Virus record (IMG/VR): IMGVR_UViG_3300046535_000406
Location: 1-64,000 of that record
From: a virus
Length of the DNA: 64,000 nucleotides
Direction: 5' to 3' (one strand)
Shown: positions 17,597-27,408 of the stretch, piece after piece
How the letters are laid out: each line of letters opens with the position of its first letter
Position numbering within the stretch: position 1 is the first letter of the stretch
Position numbers and translations under genes: made by a program
The notes under the pieces: model-generated
What the model saw: the letters and a program-made list of their open reading frames with translations, nothing else
The model's database searches: none
Told to the model about the DNA's origin: nothing

Positions 17597-20500
17597 TACC
17601 AGCTACTCCCCGGGTCCATGAACGCAAGGGTATCGAGGATCGACTGCTCGTCGTTGGACCCGTAGATGTGCATGGTCTGGACGTTGATTGGCCGTGACGA
17701 GGGCTGCGTCGCCTCCGGTGGAGTGCCGCCGCCGGGGGGCGGGCTCATCGGAGACACCTGATACCCAGCCGGTGCGGTCATGTCACCGGCTCCGGCTCCG
17801 AAGGCGAGAGCGGGCATCGGTGGCCGGATTGACGCAGATGCGATCCGAGGCATGGCCTTGGCAGCCGCCGCAGCCGCCGCGAGGCCACCACGGGCGACCG
17901 TGGCGACGTTGTTCAGGGCGTCCAGCGCCGCGCTGCCGCGTCCGTGCCCACGGTTGGGATTGTGGGTCCCGCCGTTCTGCGGCAGCTGTGGACGAGTGCC
18001 GCTGCTGCCGCTGCCGTCGTTCGGCGTGTGGCCGCCCGGCGTGGTGGTTGCCGGGACCGGGAGGGCGGCGGCGATTGCAGCGCCGAGGGCGGCGGACAGG
18101 GCATTCCTCACCGCCGACCAGTCCGCTGCCGGGATGGCGCTCGCGAGGGTGTTCACCACGCCTTGTGCCGCAGGTGCGGCGTCCACCTTCCCCGGCACCG
18201 TGGCTGCCGTGAGGGCGTCTTGGACCATCGTCGCCAGACCGGCGGTGACCGGGTTGTCGGCGCCGACGGAGCCCTGATTGGGCTTCTGCGGCAGGAGCGA
18301 GGACATCGACCCGCCCGGGATGATGTCCTTCCACGTGATCTGGCCGTTCTTGGGCAGCAGCTTGTTGATGGCCGCGACGATCGCGTTCTCCTCGCCCGGC
18401 GTGTCGGCGGCAGCGATCTGGTCGGCGAACAGCGCGACGAAGTCCTTGGAGAGGGCCGCGACCTTCTCCTTCGTGGTCCCGGTGAGCAGCTTCATTGAGT
18501 CGGGGACCATGCTGTTCCAGAAGGCGATCACCGCGTCCTGCTGCTTGGAGGTCGCCGCCTTGTGCAGGCCCGTGCCCATGGCGTCGGTGAGCGCCTGCGA
18601 GATGCGCTCGGCGATCGCCGTCTTCTCGTCTCCGATGCCGTCCCACAGCTGGCTGAAGTCAACCTTCTTGCCGATGTATTTCAGGTTCAGGCCCTCTTTC
18701 AGGCCCTCGGTGATGACCGACTGAAGGTTGTTCGCGATCTTGTGCTGCTGGTCGTTGCCGGTGATCATGCCGATCTGCTCGAACTCGGCCCACAGCTGTG
18801 CCCACGCCGCGTTCAGCCCAGCCTGATCGCCCTTCTTGAACGTCTGGCCGGTGATCTGCTTCAGGGTCTTCCGACGCATGGCGTCGGAGTGGTCCGCTGC
18901 CTCGATCTGCGCGCCGTACGTGGTCAGGAAGCCCTGAGCTTCGCCGTAGATCGGCCCGTACTGAGCCTCTTGGGCCTTCCGCCATGACGCCAGCCCGGCG
19001 GCATCTCCGGCGAACGGGGCGAGGTTCTGGGCCAGCGCGTCCCGTGGAGCGATGCCGCCTCCGGCCTTGATCAGGCCGAGCGTGCCATTCCCGACGAGGT
19101 TCTGGGTGCCCAGACGCTGAAGCAGTTGGGCGGTCGCGGGGTCCACCCCAGCGGGGATGGGGCTGGTGAGCAGGTTGCCAATCTGGTTCAGCATGTTCGG
19201 GGACAGCTGGGCCAGCTTGTAGCCCGGCAGGTCGATCCCGGCGGCCTTCGCTGCGTCGGTGATCGCGTTCGCCAGCTGCCCAGTGGCGTCGGTGATCATC
19301 TGGGTGAACGCCGCTGACAACCTGTCCCGCAGACCCTTGACGTTGGCGTATGCGCCCAGCAGCTTCTGCTGGTTCTGCGGGTCCTTCATGTCGAGGTGAG
19401 TCACGGTCGTCAGGAAGCTCGTGAAGGCCGCGTCGCCCGGGCCGATGATCCCGAGGGCTGCCCCGATGTTCGCCATCCCGGTGATGGTGTCGGTGGCGGA
19501 CTTGCCCCACTGCTTCAGCTTCTCGGCGTAGTGCTTCGTGGTCGCCGGATCGGGTGGCGCCGTCACGTCGGGTCCGAGGCTGTCGCTGAGGTACTGCGAC
19601 ATGGACAGCACGGACGACATCTGGTCCATGGCGGTCTTCGAGTTGGTGAAGGCATCCATCAGGTCGCTGGCCCGCTGGTTGCCCATCCCAGTGTTGCCCT
19701 TCGACTCGTTGTAGCGCCCCAGCGCCTCTATCTGGGCCTCCGGGACGGTCACCGTGCCAGCGGTGAACCCCGAGGGCCGACCGACATAGGCGTCCGTGCC
19801 CTTGATGGCCGCCTGCCCGAGGCCCAGCAGCCCGTCGATCCAGCCCTTCTGGAACTCCGCCCCGACGCGCTTGAACTGGGTGTTGTTGGTGATGTAATCG
19901 CCGATCGGCTGAGCGACGAGGTCGGCGACCATGTTGCCGATGAACAGCGGCCAGAACGCCTGACTGATCAAGCCGAAGGTGCCCGAGATGCCGGACTTCA
20001 GGCTGCTCAGCCCGCCCTCCAAGCCAGTCGCCACCTTCCCTGCCGTCTCGGCAACGATGCCCTTGCCGACGGTGTCGTAGATGGCCTTGTTCTGCATGTA
20101 GTTTCCGACCGTCTCGGTCTGAAGACCGACGGCGCGCAGCATCCCCTTCTCGTCAAAGACGTTGCCGACATTCCCCGCACCGCCCGTACGCCAGCCCGTC
20201 GGCAGGGAGTTGGCGCCCGTCATCCGCATCCCCGGCTCCCCGCCGAAGGCTCGGTAGTCGATGGGCATGTTGCCGCCGTTCAGGTAGGGCAGCAGCCTCT
20301 GGTCCACCCCGGCGAGCACGCCGGGTCCGCCGCCGAGCCCTTCGCCCGGCAGGTAGGCTCCCATCCCGGAGCTTGCCAAGCCCACTGCGGAACCCATCGC
20401 CTTCGCGGCAGCCACCTGCGTCTCGGCTGCCACCTGCTGGGTCTGGGCAGCGGTCATCTGCACCTGTTCGGGACCAAGCGCGCCCGACTGACCCGGCAGG

Positions 20501-22302
20501 AAGCCACCGAGGCCCGCCATCCGCGCCGCGCCGCCGACCGCGCCGCCGACCGCGCCGGTCAGGCCGCGTACTGCCGCGATGCCGACGCGCACAGCCGTCA
20601 GGAGGACCACGAGCTTGCCGACCATCTGGACGACCGGGTTCTCGGCCAGTGAGGTGAACAGGTCGATGACCTTCGCTGTCTCGGTTGCCACGGTGCCCAG
20701 CACCTGAGCGAGCCCGGTCACGGCGTCGGTGGCCTCGCCTCCCGCGCCCGACGGACCCCAGAGCAGGAACATCTGGGAGAAGGCGCCGATCAGCTTCATC
20801 ACCGAGTCGAAGACCATCGAGAGGGGCTGTTCGAGGTCGTTCTTCCAGATGCCGGTCAGGAATGCGGCTGCCTTGGGGATGGCATCCGCGAGGAACGTCA
20901 CCAGCTGCTGAAGGACGGGCAGGCTGGCGCTGCCGATCGAGATGAAGACGTTGGTCAAGACATTGCGCAGCAACGCAAACTGGGAAGACAGGGTCGCGTA
21001 CTGGACACCGGCGGCAGCTGCGGCAGCCGTGTTTGACTTCCACGCGGCGTCAGCGGTCTTCAGGGTCGGCACGAGGCCCTGCGGCCCGCCCAGTGCGTTC
21101 GCCATGCCCAGCATCAGCTGGGTCACGCTCACCGCGCCACCGCTGCTGCCCGAGGTGCCGATCAGGTTCTGGATGAAGCCGGTCCGGCCAGCCGTGTCCA
21201 TGCCCTGCATGGCTTGGAAGATGCGCACGAGCAGGGCCGCTGGGTCCTGAGCCTGCAACTTGGCGAACTGGGCAGCCGTCATACCCAGCTGGTGCTGGAA
21301 GGTGTCGAGCGACCTTGACGAGGCCAGCAGCTGGGTGAACGTCTTGGTTGGTTCGTTCATGGCGTGGGCGAGCGCCGTCAGGGGCTTGCCACCGGCAGCC
21401 GCGATCGAGAGCAGGTGGCTGACGCTCATCCCGGCCTTGTCGGCCATCTGTTGTAGCTGCTGGGTCGTCGTCCCGAGCGCGTTCAGCCGCATCATCACGC
21501 GAGTCAGGGACGTGGCCGCCGAGCCCGGCATCATGCCGAGGTTCGCCGCTGCCGTGGACACCGCGAGGATTTGCTGGGCGGTCAGGCCAAACTGCTTGCC
21601 GGTCGCGGCCAGACGCCGGGTGACCGTGACGATCTGGTCAACGGTCGATGAGCCGGTGTGGCCCATCGCCACGAGGGTGGACGAGAACTTGGAGTAGTCC
21701 TGCTGCTGAAGGTTCAGGACCGTGCCCATCTGCGCCAGTGCGGTGGCGGCGTCGCTGGCCGCCATCCCAGTCGCGGCACCGAGGTCGGAGACGACCTTGA
21801 TGAAGTCCGTCATGTGGGCGATCGGGATGCCCAGCTGCGCTGCCTGCGCGCCGATGTTGGCAATCTCGACCGCCGTCAGCGGTATCTGGGTGGACAGCTG
21901 ACGGAACTGGTCGCTCAGGACCTGAAGCTGTGGCGCGGTGGCCTTGACTGACTTGGCGACGTTGGCGAAGGCGTCCTCGAAGTCGAGCGCCGACTTCACC
22001 GAGATAGCCATGCCCGCAGCTAGGGCGGTCAGGCCCACGAGCGTGCCCGCCTTCAGCGCCGTGTTCAGCAGGCTCACCTGCTTGACCGCGCCGCTCATCG
22101 AGTTGCCGAATGCCTTGGCGCTGGCACCGGCCTCGTTCATGCCCATCGCGCCAGCACGCATCTGGCCGCGAAGCTCGGTCATTGCGGCTGCCGCGCCGGA
22201 CCGGAGGCCGCTGTAGTCGGCAGCGATGCGGATCATGCCGGTGCCAACGTCGGCGGCACCCATCGCGGGGAGCGCGCCTGTCAGACCACGACCCAACACC
22301 AC
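17596..22302 (-). CDS. tape measure protein (TP901-like)
   Basis: 1568 aa, Ala/Gly-rich and helical; SALDFEDAFANVAK...AAQLGI core; follows tail chaperones; alternative start ATG 22263. Confidence 0.92.
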   Translation of the reverse strand: MVLGRGLTGALPAMGAADVGTGMIRIAADYSGLRSGAAAAMTELRGQMRAGAMGMNEAGASAKAFGNSMSGAVKQVSLLNTALKAGTLVGLTALAAGMAISVKSALDFEDAFANVAKSVKATAPQLQVLSDQFRQLSTQIPLTAVEIANIGAQAAQLGIPIAHMTDFIKVVSDLGAATGMAASDAATALAQMGTVLNLQQQDYSKFSSTLVAMGHTGSSTVDQIVTVTRRLAATGKQFGLTAQQILAVSTAAANLGMMPGSAATSLTRVMMRLNALGTTTQQLQQMADKAGMSVSHLLSIAAAGGKPLTALAHAMNEPTKTFTQLLASSRSLDTFQHQLGMTAAQFAKLQAQDPAALLVRIFQAMQGMDTAGRTGFIQNLIGTSGSSGGAVSVTQLMLGMANALGGPQGLVPTLKTADAAWKSNTAAAAAAGVQYATLSSQFALLRNVLTNVFISIGSASLPVLQQLVTFLADAIPKAAAFLTGIWKNDLEQPLSMVFDSVMKLIGAFSQMFLLWGPSGAGGEATDAVTGLAQVLGTVATETAKVIDLFTSLAENPVVQMVGKLVVLLTAVRVGIAAVRGLTGAVGGAVGGAARMAGLGGFLPGQSGALGPEQVQMTAAQTQQVAAETQVAAAKAMGSAVGLASSGMGAYLPGEGLGGGPGVLAGVDQRLLPYLNGGNMPIDYRAFGGEPGMRMTGANSLPTGWRTGGAGNVGNVFDEKGMLRAVGLQTETVGNYMQNKAIYDTVGKGIVAETAGKVATGLEGGLSSLKSGISGTFGLISQAFWPLFIGNMVADLVAQPIGDYITNNTQFKRVGAEFQKGWIDGLLGLGQAAIKGTDAYVGRPSGFTAGTVTVPEAQIEALGRYNESKGNTGMGNQRASDLMDAFTNSKTAMDQMSSVLSMSQYLSDSLGPDVTAPPDPATTKHYAEKLKQWGKSATDTITGMANIGAALGIIGPGDAAFTSFLTTVTHLDMKDPQNQQKLLGAYANVKGLRDRLSAAFTQMITDATGQLANAITDAAKAAGIDLPGYKLAQLSPNMLNQIGNLLTSPIPAGVDPATAQLLQRLGTQNLVGNGTLGLIKAGGGIAPRDALAQNLAPFAGDAAGLASWRKAQEAQYGPIYGEAQGFLTTYGAQIEAADHSDAMRRKTLKQITGQTFKKGDQAGLNAAWAQLWAEFEQIGMITGNDQQHKIANNLQSVITEGLKEGLNLKYIGKKVDFSQLWDGIGDEKTAIAERISQALTDAMGTGLHKAATSKQQDAVIAFWNSMVPDSMKLLTGTTKEKVAALSKDFVALFADQIAAADTPGEENAIVAAINKLLPKNGQITWKDIIPGGSMSSLLPQKPNQGSVGADNPVTAGLATMVQDALTAATVPGKVDAAPAAQGVVNTLASAIPAADWSAVRNALSAALGAAIAAALPVPATTTPGGHTPNDGSGSSGTRPQLPQNGGTHNPNRGHGRGSAALDALNNVATVARGGLAAAAAAAKAMPRIASASIRPPMPALAFGAGAGDMTAPAGYQVSPMSPPPGGGTPPEATQPSSRPINVQTMHIYGSNDEQSILDTLAFMDPGSSW

Positions 22303-22317
22303 GGCTTTGGCTCGCTC

Positions 22318-22670
22318 CTACTCGTCGTAACCGATGCGTTTCACGAGCGGGTTCCGGGCAAGGTCCGCTTCGATCTGTGCAATCAGGGCGTCCTGATTGG
22401 CTTGTTCGTCAGAGCCTTCGTAGTCCTCCCAGTCGTCAAGCTCGCCACCGGCGATCTGGAACTGGAAGCGGTGCTCATTGTGGAGCCGTCTGGCCGATGC
22501 GTCTAGCGCGGCGTTGAACGTGGACCACGTGAGCCATCGGGTAATCTCCCGGGGCCTTCCGTATCCGGCGCTGACGAGGAAGTCGAGCCCCCGGTCGAAG
22601 GCGACTGAGCCGGGCTCGCCGTTGTCCCCGTACCAATCTTCTGGAACGTGCTCAGCGCCATTTGAAAAGG
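22318..22670 (-). CDS. gpT-like extension reached by a -1 frameshift (gpGT)
   Basis: The -1 frame is open from CCT TTT to TAG at 22318 (FSNGAEHVPEDWYG...VKRIGYDE), has no ATG and fills the gap to the tape measure. Confidence 0.7.
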
Positions 22671-23123
22671 TGCCTTCAGCCTCTCGATGTCGTTCTGCTC
22701 CAAGAACGTGGTCAGCATTTCGAGGGCGTCGGCGGTGTGCATGGTCCGCCGGAGGAAGGCCACCTCGTCCGTGTACGTCTGGTTGCGTCGCCCCTGCTCG
22801 TCCACCGGGAAGATGCTGAGCAGGACCGCTGCCGCCTCGGAGATGAAGCTGGGCATGATCGACGCGGCTTCAGCGAGCATGGAGCCCGCGAGTGCGATGT
22901 TCACATCCGTGCCGCCGCCGGGCACATCCACGAGCACTTGGCCCGCTTGCGCGAAGTCAAACCCCGACTCGCGGAGCTTCACTGCCTGCCGGGCGATCAG
23001 CCCGAACAGCTGCATCTCGCCGTCGATCGTTAGCTCGGACTGCTCGTACGTCCGGGACTTGCCCTCCCGATCCGTGAACGTCCACTGTCTCGACGCGGTC
23101 AGGAAGGGTGATTGCTCCGGCAC
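22503..23123 (-). CDS. tail assembly chaperone (gpG-like)
   Basis: Between tail tube and tape measure; GTG with GGAGGG RBS; low-complexity tail after KAPF. Confidence 0.75.
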   Translation of the reverse strand: MPEQSPFLTASRQWTFTDREGKSRTYEQSELTIDGEMQLFGLIARQAVKLRESGFDFAQAGQVLVDVPGGGTDVNIALAGSMLAEAASIMPSFISEAAAVLLSIFPVDEQGRRNQTYTDEVAFLRRTMHTADALEMLTTFLEQNDIERLKAPFQMALSTFQKIGTGTTASPAQSPSTGGSTSSSAPDTEGPGRLPDGSRGPRSTPR

Positions 23124-23190
23124 GCCGTGCCCTCCGAGGCTCGGGCTCTAAGGCGGCCCGAGGACGGCGCGAGCGTAGCAGACACACTGA

Positions 23191-23220
23191 AGCCCGGGAC
23201 GGCGCGGTACGCCCCGGGCT
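23191..23220 (-). terminator. GC hairpin after the tail tube genes
   Basis: AGCCCGGG...CCCGGGCT inverted repeat in the intergenic gap; weak T tract. Confidence 0.45.
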
Positions 23221-23247
23221 CCGAGTGCAGGAGGGAATGGCGGAGGA

Positions 23248-23577
23248 TCAGGTCGGCGAGATGACTCCCACCGTGATCGTGGTGGCGGACGAGTAGGCGA
23301 CGTGCGCCTGCCCGTTGTCGTCGTTGTAGATGTCCTGCCGGAGGGGCGGGAACGTCTTGCGCACGCCGTTCGCGACGGTCGCCACGAAGTCGTGGCTCAC
23401 GCCCTGATTGCAGGTGTGCTGTGCCGCGATCGTCACGGTGATCGGTGCGACCGCGCCGTTGTTCACGACGAGGATCGACTTGCCGTCGTTGTAGAAGGTG
23501 TCGCCACCTCCTGACGCGGCGGCCAGCGACTCCACGGTCCCGGCAGCGACCGGGACCGACTTTGCGATGAGTGCCAT
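23248..23577 (-). CDS. small virion structural protein (109 aa)
   Basis: GDTFYNDGKSILVVNNG...ITVT beta-sandwich; GGAGG RBS; follows the tail tube. Confidence 0.65.
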   Translation of the reverse strand: MALIAKSVPVAAGTVESLAAASGGGDTFYNDGKSILVVNNGAVAPITVTIAAQHTCNQGVSHDFVATVANGVRKTFPPLRQDIYNDDNGQAHVAYSSATTITVGVISPT

Positions 23578-23596
23578 GTCTCAGAGTCCTCCGGGC

Positions 23597-24229
23597 TTAC
23601 GGGTTGGCCGCGTAGTCGGCGATCTGGAACAGCTGGTCGCCGACGGGGCGGGCAGCGTTCGCGAGAGCCCGGAAGCTCACGCCGATGCGGGTTTCGGACC
23701 GACGGTCGAAGTTCAGCGCCACGCCCTGATCGCTGTATGCCTGATACAGCGTCGCGACGTAGTAGCCGGTCCCCGAGCGGTGACGGCTCATCAGGACGAC
23801 CACGCTCAGGGCGGTCGTCGCCTTGCCGCCCACGAACACCGCGTTGTAGGCGGGCGGGCCGGTGACCACCTTCGTGGTTCCCTGCCCGATGCCGACCGCG
23901 AGGTTCTGGTAGCCGGACTCCAAGAGCGTGCAGCCGAGGGTCGTTTCCTCCCCGGTCGGCGTCACGACGACTTCAGCGAACGCCTGCTCCGTCTGGACCA
24001 TGTAGTAGGTCGGACGGTAGGTCAGGGTGGACGGGCCATTGGTGAACCCGACGTAGCGCCACGACGGCGACGCCGTGGTGGACGGAGCCGTGTAGTTCGT
24101 CAGCATCGCCATCACCGACGAGGTCGTCGGGTCGGTCAGATCGCCACCGAGCGTTGGGGCTGCCGTCAGGTCTGACGTGATCCACAGGTCCCCCGGACCG
24201 ATGTGGATTTTGCTGGCATCAGCGGCCAT
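23597..24229 (-). CDS. major tail (tube) protein
   Basis: IHIGPGDLW...VGFTNGP...LLES...FRAL pattern; position after the tail terminator. Confidence 0.8.
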   Translation of the reverse strand: MAADASKIHIGPGDLWITSDLTAAPTLGGDLTDPTTSSVMAMLTNYTAPSTTASPSWRYVGFTNGPSTLTYRPTYYMVQTEQAFAEVVVTPTGEETTLGCTLLESGYQNLAVGIGQGTTKVVTGPPAYNAVFVGGKATTALSVVVLMSRHRSGTGYYVATLYQAYSDQGVALNFDRRSETRIGVSFRALANAARPVGDQLFQIADYAANP

Positions 24230-24232
24230 CAG

Positions 24233-24613
24233 TTACTCCTCCTCGACCGGGGGAGCGGGCACCTTATCGGTGACCACGAACTCCTCGAATGGGGTCGTCA
24301 GGAGCACTTCGGCGATGGCCTTCGGTACTTCGACCGGGACGCCGGGCTCAAGTCGGTAGGTCTTGGCCGGGTCCACGCTCGTGTCCACGTGCTCGACCAC
24401 GTTGGCCGAACCATCGTAGGTCACGAATGAGTGGCCCCTCTTGGCCTTGATCCACCCTGCCTCGTCCTCGAACTGCGACACGTCGTCGTTCTCGGGCGGT
24501 GCGTTCTGTTCCTCCGCTGGCGTCTCGGACGCCTCCGTCGGTGTCTCGCTTGGGTCAGGTCCCGTCTCCGGTCCCTGCTCCGTAGCTACCTCGTCGGGCT
24601 TCTTCGATGCCAT
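24233..24613 (-). CDS. acidic hypothetical protein (126 aa)
   Basis: ATG at 24613 overlaps the upstream stop (TGATG). Confidence 0.6.
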   Translation of the reverse strand: MASKKPDEVATEQGPETGPDPSETPTEASETPAEEQNAPPENDDVSQFEDEAGWIKAKRGHSFVTYDGSANVVEHVDTSVDPAKTYRLEPGVPVEVPKAIAEVLLTTPFEEFVVTDKVPAPPVEEE

Positions 24614-25095
24614 CAGATCACTCCTACCAGTGGAGCGTGAAACTGGTGATGCAGGCGCCAAGCGTTCCGGAACGCGACCTCGCGAACCGGGTTGCGTGGC
24701 CCCAGCGGCACAAGCTCCCCGCAGATGATATGCGACGACTCCATCCACGTCGAGGCCATAAGCTCACGTTCTCGCGCATGGAGTGCTTCGCCCAGATCAC
24801 GATAGTCCGCATCGACCAGCGTGAACAGGTCGATGGTGACCCCAGCGAGCGGCACGGAGCCATCGGCAGACCGCTGCTCGACGGGGTACGGGACGCCGAC
24901 TGCGTCAATGAGGATGCGCGGCAGGACCTCCCGGATCGGGCCGTCAGGCAGCTGCGCGGTGGCCGAGTAGACCCGGTCGTCGTTCTCGTCAATGCGCGGC
25001 TGTAGCGAGAACAGCAGCGCCTGAAGCTCCGTGTCGAAGCGGAACAGGGCCACGATCGCATCGGTCAGTTCGTACTCGGGGCTGTTGGTGGTCAT
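24613..25095 (-). CDS. tail terminator / tail completion protein
   Basis: RVY...LPRI...IDLF pattern; 160 aa; upstream of the tail tube. Confidence 0.7.
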   Translation of the reverse strand: MTTNSPEYELTDAIVALFRFDTELQALLFSLQPRIDENDDRVYSATAQLPDGPIREVLPRILIDAVGVPYPVEQRSADGSVPLAGVTIDLFTLVDADYRDLGEALHARERELMASTWMESSHIICGELVPLGPRNPVREVAFRNAWRLHHQFHAPLVGVI

Positions 25096-26141
25096 GCCGG
25101 TCCGTTGCCCTTCAGGTACTGGACGAAGGCGTCGATGTGGTGGTCAGCCGACTTCGGGTGCAGCAGGGCACGCCGGGTGACGTGGCTGGACTCGCGCAGG
25201 TTGACTTCACGGGCACCCTTGATGTCCCACGCGGCCAGCTGGTGCGCGTCCTTGCCGATCTGGCGAGCCAAGTCCTCGGTCGCCACGTTCTGCGACACGT
25301 CGAGGTAGATCAGGCCGTTGTCGAGCCAGCCACCGAGGTAGTGGTCAGGCTTCATCAGCAGGTCTTGGTTCTTGGCGATGAACGACTTCACGTCGCGGCT
25401 GCCGAAGGCCGTCAGCGGGAAGGTGGCCTCACGGTCGGAGTAAGGCGACACCATGAAGCCGTTGGTGGGCGATCCGGCACCGAACGCCTTCACGCTGAAG
25501 CCGCCGTCCTTGGCTTGACTCACGAGCTTGCCGTAGCCGCCCGCAGGCCCAGCCGGATGGCCGCCCGCTGAAGCTCGGCCACCTTCCCAAGCTCCGTAGT
25601 AGTGGTCATCAGTCCCACCGGCCTCGCGGATGCTCGACGTGACCCGGGCGATGGCCGGACCATCGAAGCTCACGGAGCCGTCGCTCCCCGGCGTGCCGAT
25701 CTTCTGAAGCCACTGGGCGGCTGACGGCTCCATCTTGGCGAGCGCGCCCGAGGCGATCGTCAGGGCCGCCACGGCGGACCGCTTGGGACCCTGCGTCATC
25801 GCCCCGTACACGTAGCCCAGAGCCGCCGTCGTACGCGCCGCCGCCGTGCCACCCTCCGTGGACCAGCCGGTGATCGTCCTTGCTCCGCCCGCGTCGCTGT
25901 AGTGGGCGTTGATGATCGTGCCGTCTTGGAAGTGGAACGACTCGATGTCGGGGCTGTAGACGTGGTAGCCCAGCTGTACGGCGTTGGCGCGATCGGCCTT
26001 GGGCGGAGCGATCTGGCCGGGGTGGCCTCCGGATGCCTCCTTACCGCCGTACCAAGCACCATAGAAGTGATCGTCGCCCCCGGACTCGCGCACGCGCTCC
26101 ATCGCAGCGGCCATGTCATCAGCGATCGAGTCGCGGCTCAT
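25092..26141 (-). CDS. tagged cargo polyprotein (349 aa): tag, unknown domain, second tag, possible SAM-lyase-like domain
   Basis: Start MSRDSIADDMAAAM at 26141 (ATGA overlap); two tags; GFMVS...YLGGW...YLDVS...G...Q.A.WD domain. Confidence 0.7.
   Translation of the reverse strand: MSRDSIADDMAAAMERVRESGGDDHFYGAWYGGKEASGGHPGQIAPPKADRANAVQLGYHVYSPDIESFHFQDGTIINAHYSDAGGARTITGWSTEGGTAAARTTAALGYVYGAMTQGPKRSAVAALTIASGALAKMEPSAAQWLQKIGTPGSDGSVSFDGPAIARVTSSIREAGGTDDHYYGAWEGGRASAGGHPAGPAGGYGKLVSQAKDGGFSVKAFGAGSPTNGFMVSPYSDREATFPLTAFGSRDVKSFIAKNQDLLMKPDHYLGGWLDNGLIYLDVSQNVATEDLARQIGKDAHQLAAWDIKGAREVNLRESSHVTRRALLHPKSADHHIDAFVQYLKGNGPA
25554..25628 (-). repeat. tag copy 8 (internal)
   Basis: REAGGTDDHYYGAWEGGRASAGGHP. 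Confidence 0.95.
26019..26090 (-). repeat. tag copy 7
   Basis: RESGGDDHFYGAWYGGKEASGGHP. Confidence 0.95.
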
Positions 26142-26245
26142 GGCTTCTTCTTCTCCGGCTCGGGCTTCGGATGCGGTGGCGGAGGCGGCTTGACGACCAC
26201 GAACTTGCCGGGGTCCTTCTGCCAGCGATCGCCGATGCGTGTCAT
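26138..26245 (-). CDS. 35-aa peptide MTRIGDRWQKDPGKFVVVKPPPPPHPKPEPEKKKP
   Basis: Absent from the ORF track; ATGA overlaps with both neighbours and fills the gap exactly. Confidence 0.7.
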   Translation of the reverse strand: MTRIGDRWQKDPGKFVVVKPPPPPHPKPEPEKKKP

Positions 26246-27408
26246 TTCGGCACCACTGTAACGTGCAGGACCACGCCATCGGCGAGCTTCATGTCGCCCC
26301 ACATGCCGCTCAGGGGCTCGACGCTGTCGATCCGGAAGTGCGTGTCAGGGCCGAGGATCACCTCGCGCTCGCCGCCGAACCTCCCGAGGCTGCCGACGTT
26401 GATGCCCATGGTGCCTGCCGGGGCGCTGATCAGCAGCCGGACGGGTGCTCCGCCCCAGAACAGGTTGTCGTTGTTCAGGCTGGTGCTGACGAAGCCCTTG
26501 TCCGAGATGGTCGCCCCGGTCATAGCTTGGAAGTGGGCCAGCATCTGGTCCTGCGGCATGTGAGACGAGATGTCGAAGCCCTCGCCGGACGTGCCCCGGT
26601 AGAGGGTCATGTTGTCGGCCATCGGACGGAGCGCCTGACGCAGGGACTCAGCCGTCTGGGGAGCCTGCTCGTTGTAGCTGGGGACCTGCCCGGTGCGCAG
26701 GTACTCGTTCACTGGAATGTAGGCGAGGTCGGTGTAGCTGGTCACAGCTGCCGCCACGCCACCGGACAGCTGGTCGTTCCAGTTGCCTGCCGGATGGCCG
26801 CCCTCGCTGGCTCTACCCCCGTACCACGCGCCATAGAAGTGGTCGTCCGCTCCACCGGCTTCGCTGAGTGAGGCGTAGGGGCCGGAGGGCGTCAGCCCTA
26901 GCTCTGACGTGTGGGTCCGTCCATTCCGGGCGACGTTCAGCAGGCGATCGACATCGTCCGAGTTGACCCGTCCCCACGAGTACGGCGTCGCGCCGGAGTG
27001 CAGGGCCACGTTGTAGGCCGTCGCGTACGTCTCCGCCCGCTCGCCACGCGCCAGTCCGCCGAACGGGCGGGCGAGAGGCTTGTAGGCATCCGTCTGCGAC
27101 GGCCAGCCCAGCGCGTGGTCGAGGGCGTGCCCAACCTCATGCTGGACGGCGTCTTGGCTGCCATGCAGCGATGGCTCGATGTTGATTGTCTTGGTGCTGG
27201 GATCGTAGAACGTCGTCTTGGCGGCGTCGTTCACCTTGACCCCGTGCTTGTCGAGAATGCTGCGATCCGAGGCGGGAATGGAAGCGAGCAGAGGGTGGCC
27301 CCCAGCCGATGCCCGGCCTCCGCTCCACGCCCCATAGAAGTGGTCGTCCCCACCTTCGCGGATGCGGCCCATGGCGGCGGCAATCTCGTCGGCGACTGAG
27401 TCGGTCAT
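26242..27408 (-). CDS. tagged cargo polyprotein (388 aa): tag, HExxH metallopeptidase, second tag, VIP2/Alt-like ADP-ribosyltransferase
   Basis: Start MTDSVADEIAAAM at 27408 (ATGA overlap); QHEVGH...ERAETYA; VNEYLR, LYRG, GFVSTS, GEREVIL. Confidence 0.85.
   Translation of the reverse strand: MTDSVADEIAAAMGRIREGGDDHFYGAWSGGRASAGGHPLLASIPASDRSILDKHGVKVNDAAKTTFYDPSTKTINIEPSLHGSQDAVQHEVGHALDHALGWPSQTDAYKPLARPFGGLARGERAETYATAYNVALHSGATPYSWGRVNSDDVDRLLNVARNGRTHTSELGLTPSGPYASLSEAGGADDHFYGAWYGGRASEGGHPAGNWNDQLSGGVAAAVTSYTDLAYIPVNEYLRTGQVPSYNEQAPQTAESLRQALRPMADNMTLYRGTSGEGFDISSHMPQDQMLAHFQAMTGATISDKGFVSTSLNNDNLFWGGAPVRLLISAPAGTMGINVGSLGRFGGEREVILGPDTHFRIDSVEPLSGMWGDMKLADGVVLHVTVVPK
26791..26865 (-). 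repeat. tag copy 6 (internal)
   Basis: SEAGGADDHFYGAWYGGRASEGGHP. Confidence 0.95.
27292..27360 (-). repeat. tag copy 5
   Basis: REGGDDHFYGAWSGGRASAGGHP. Confidence 0.95.
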
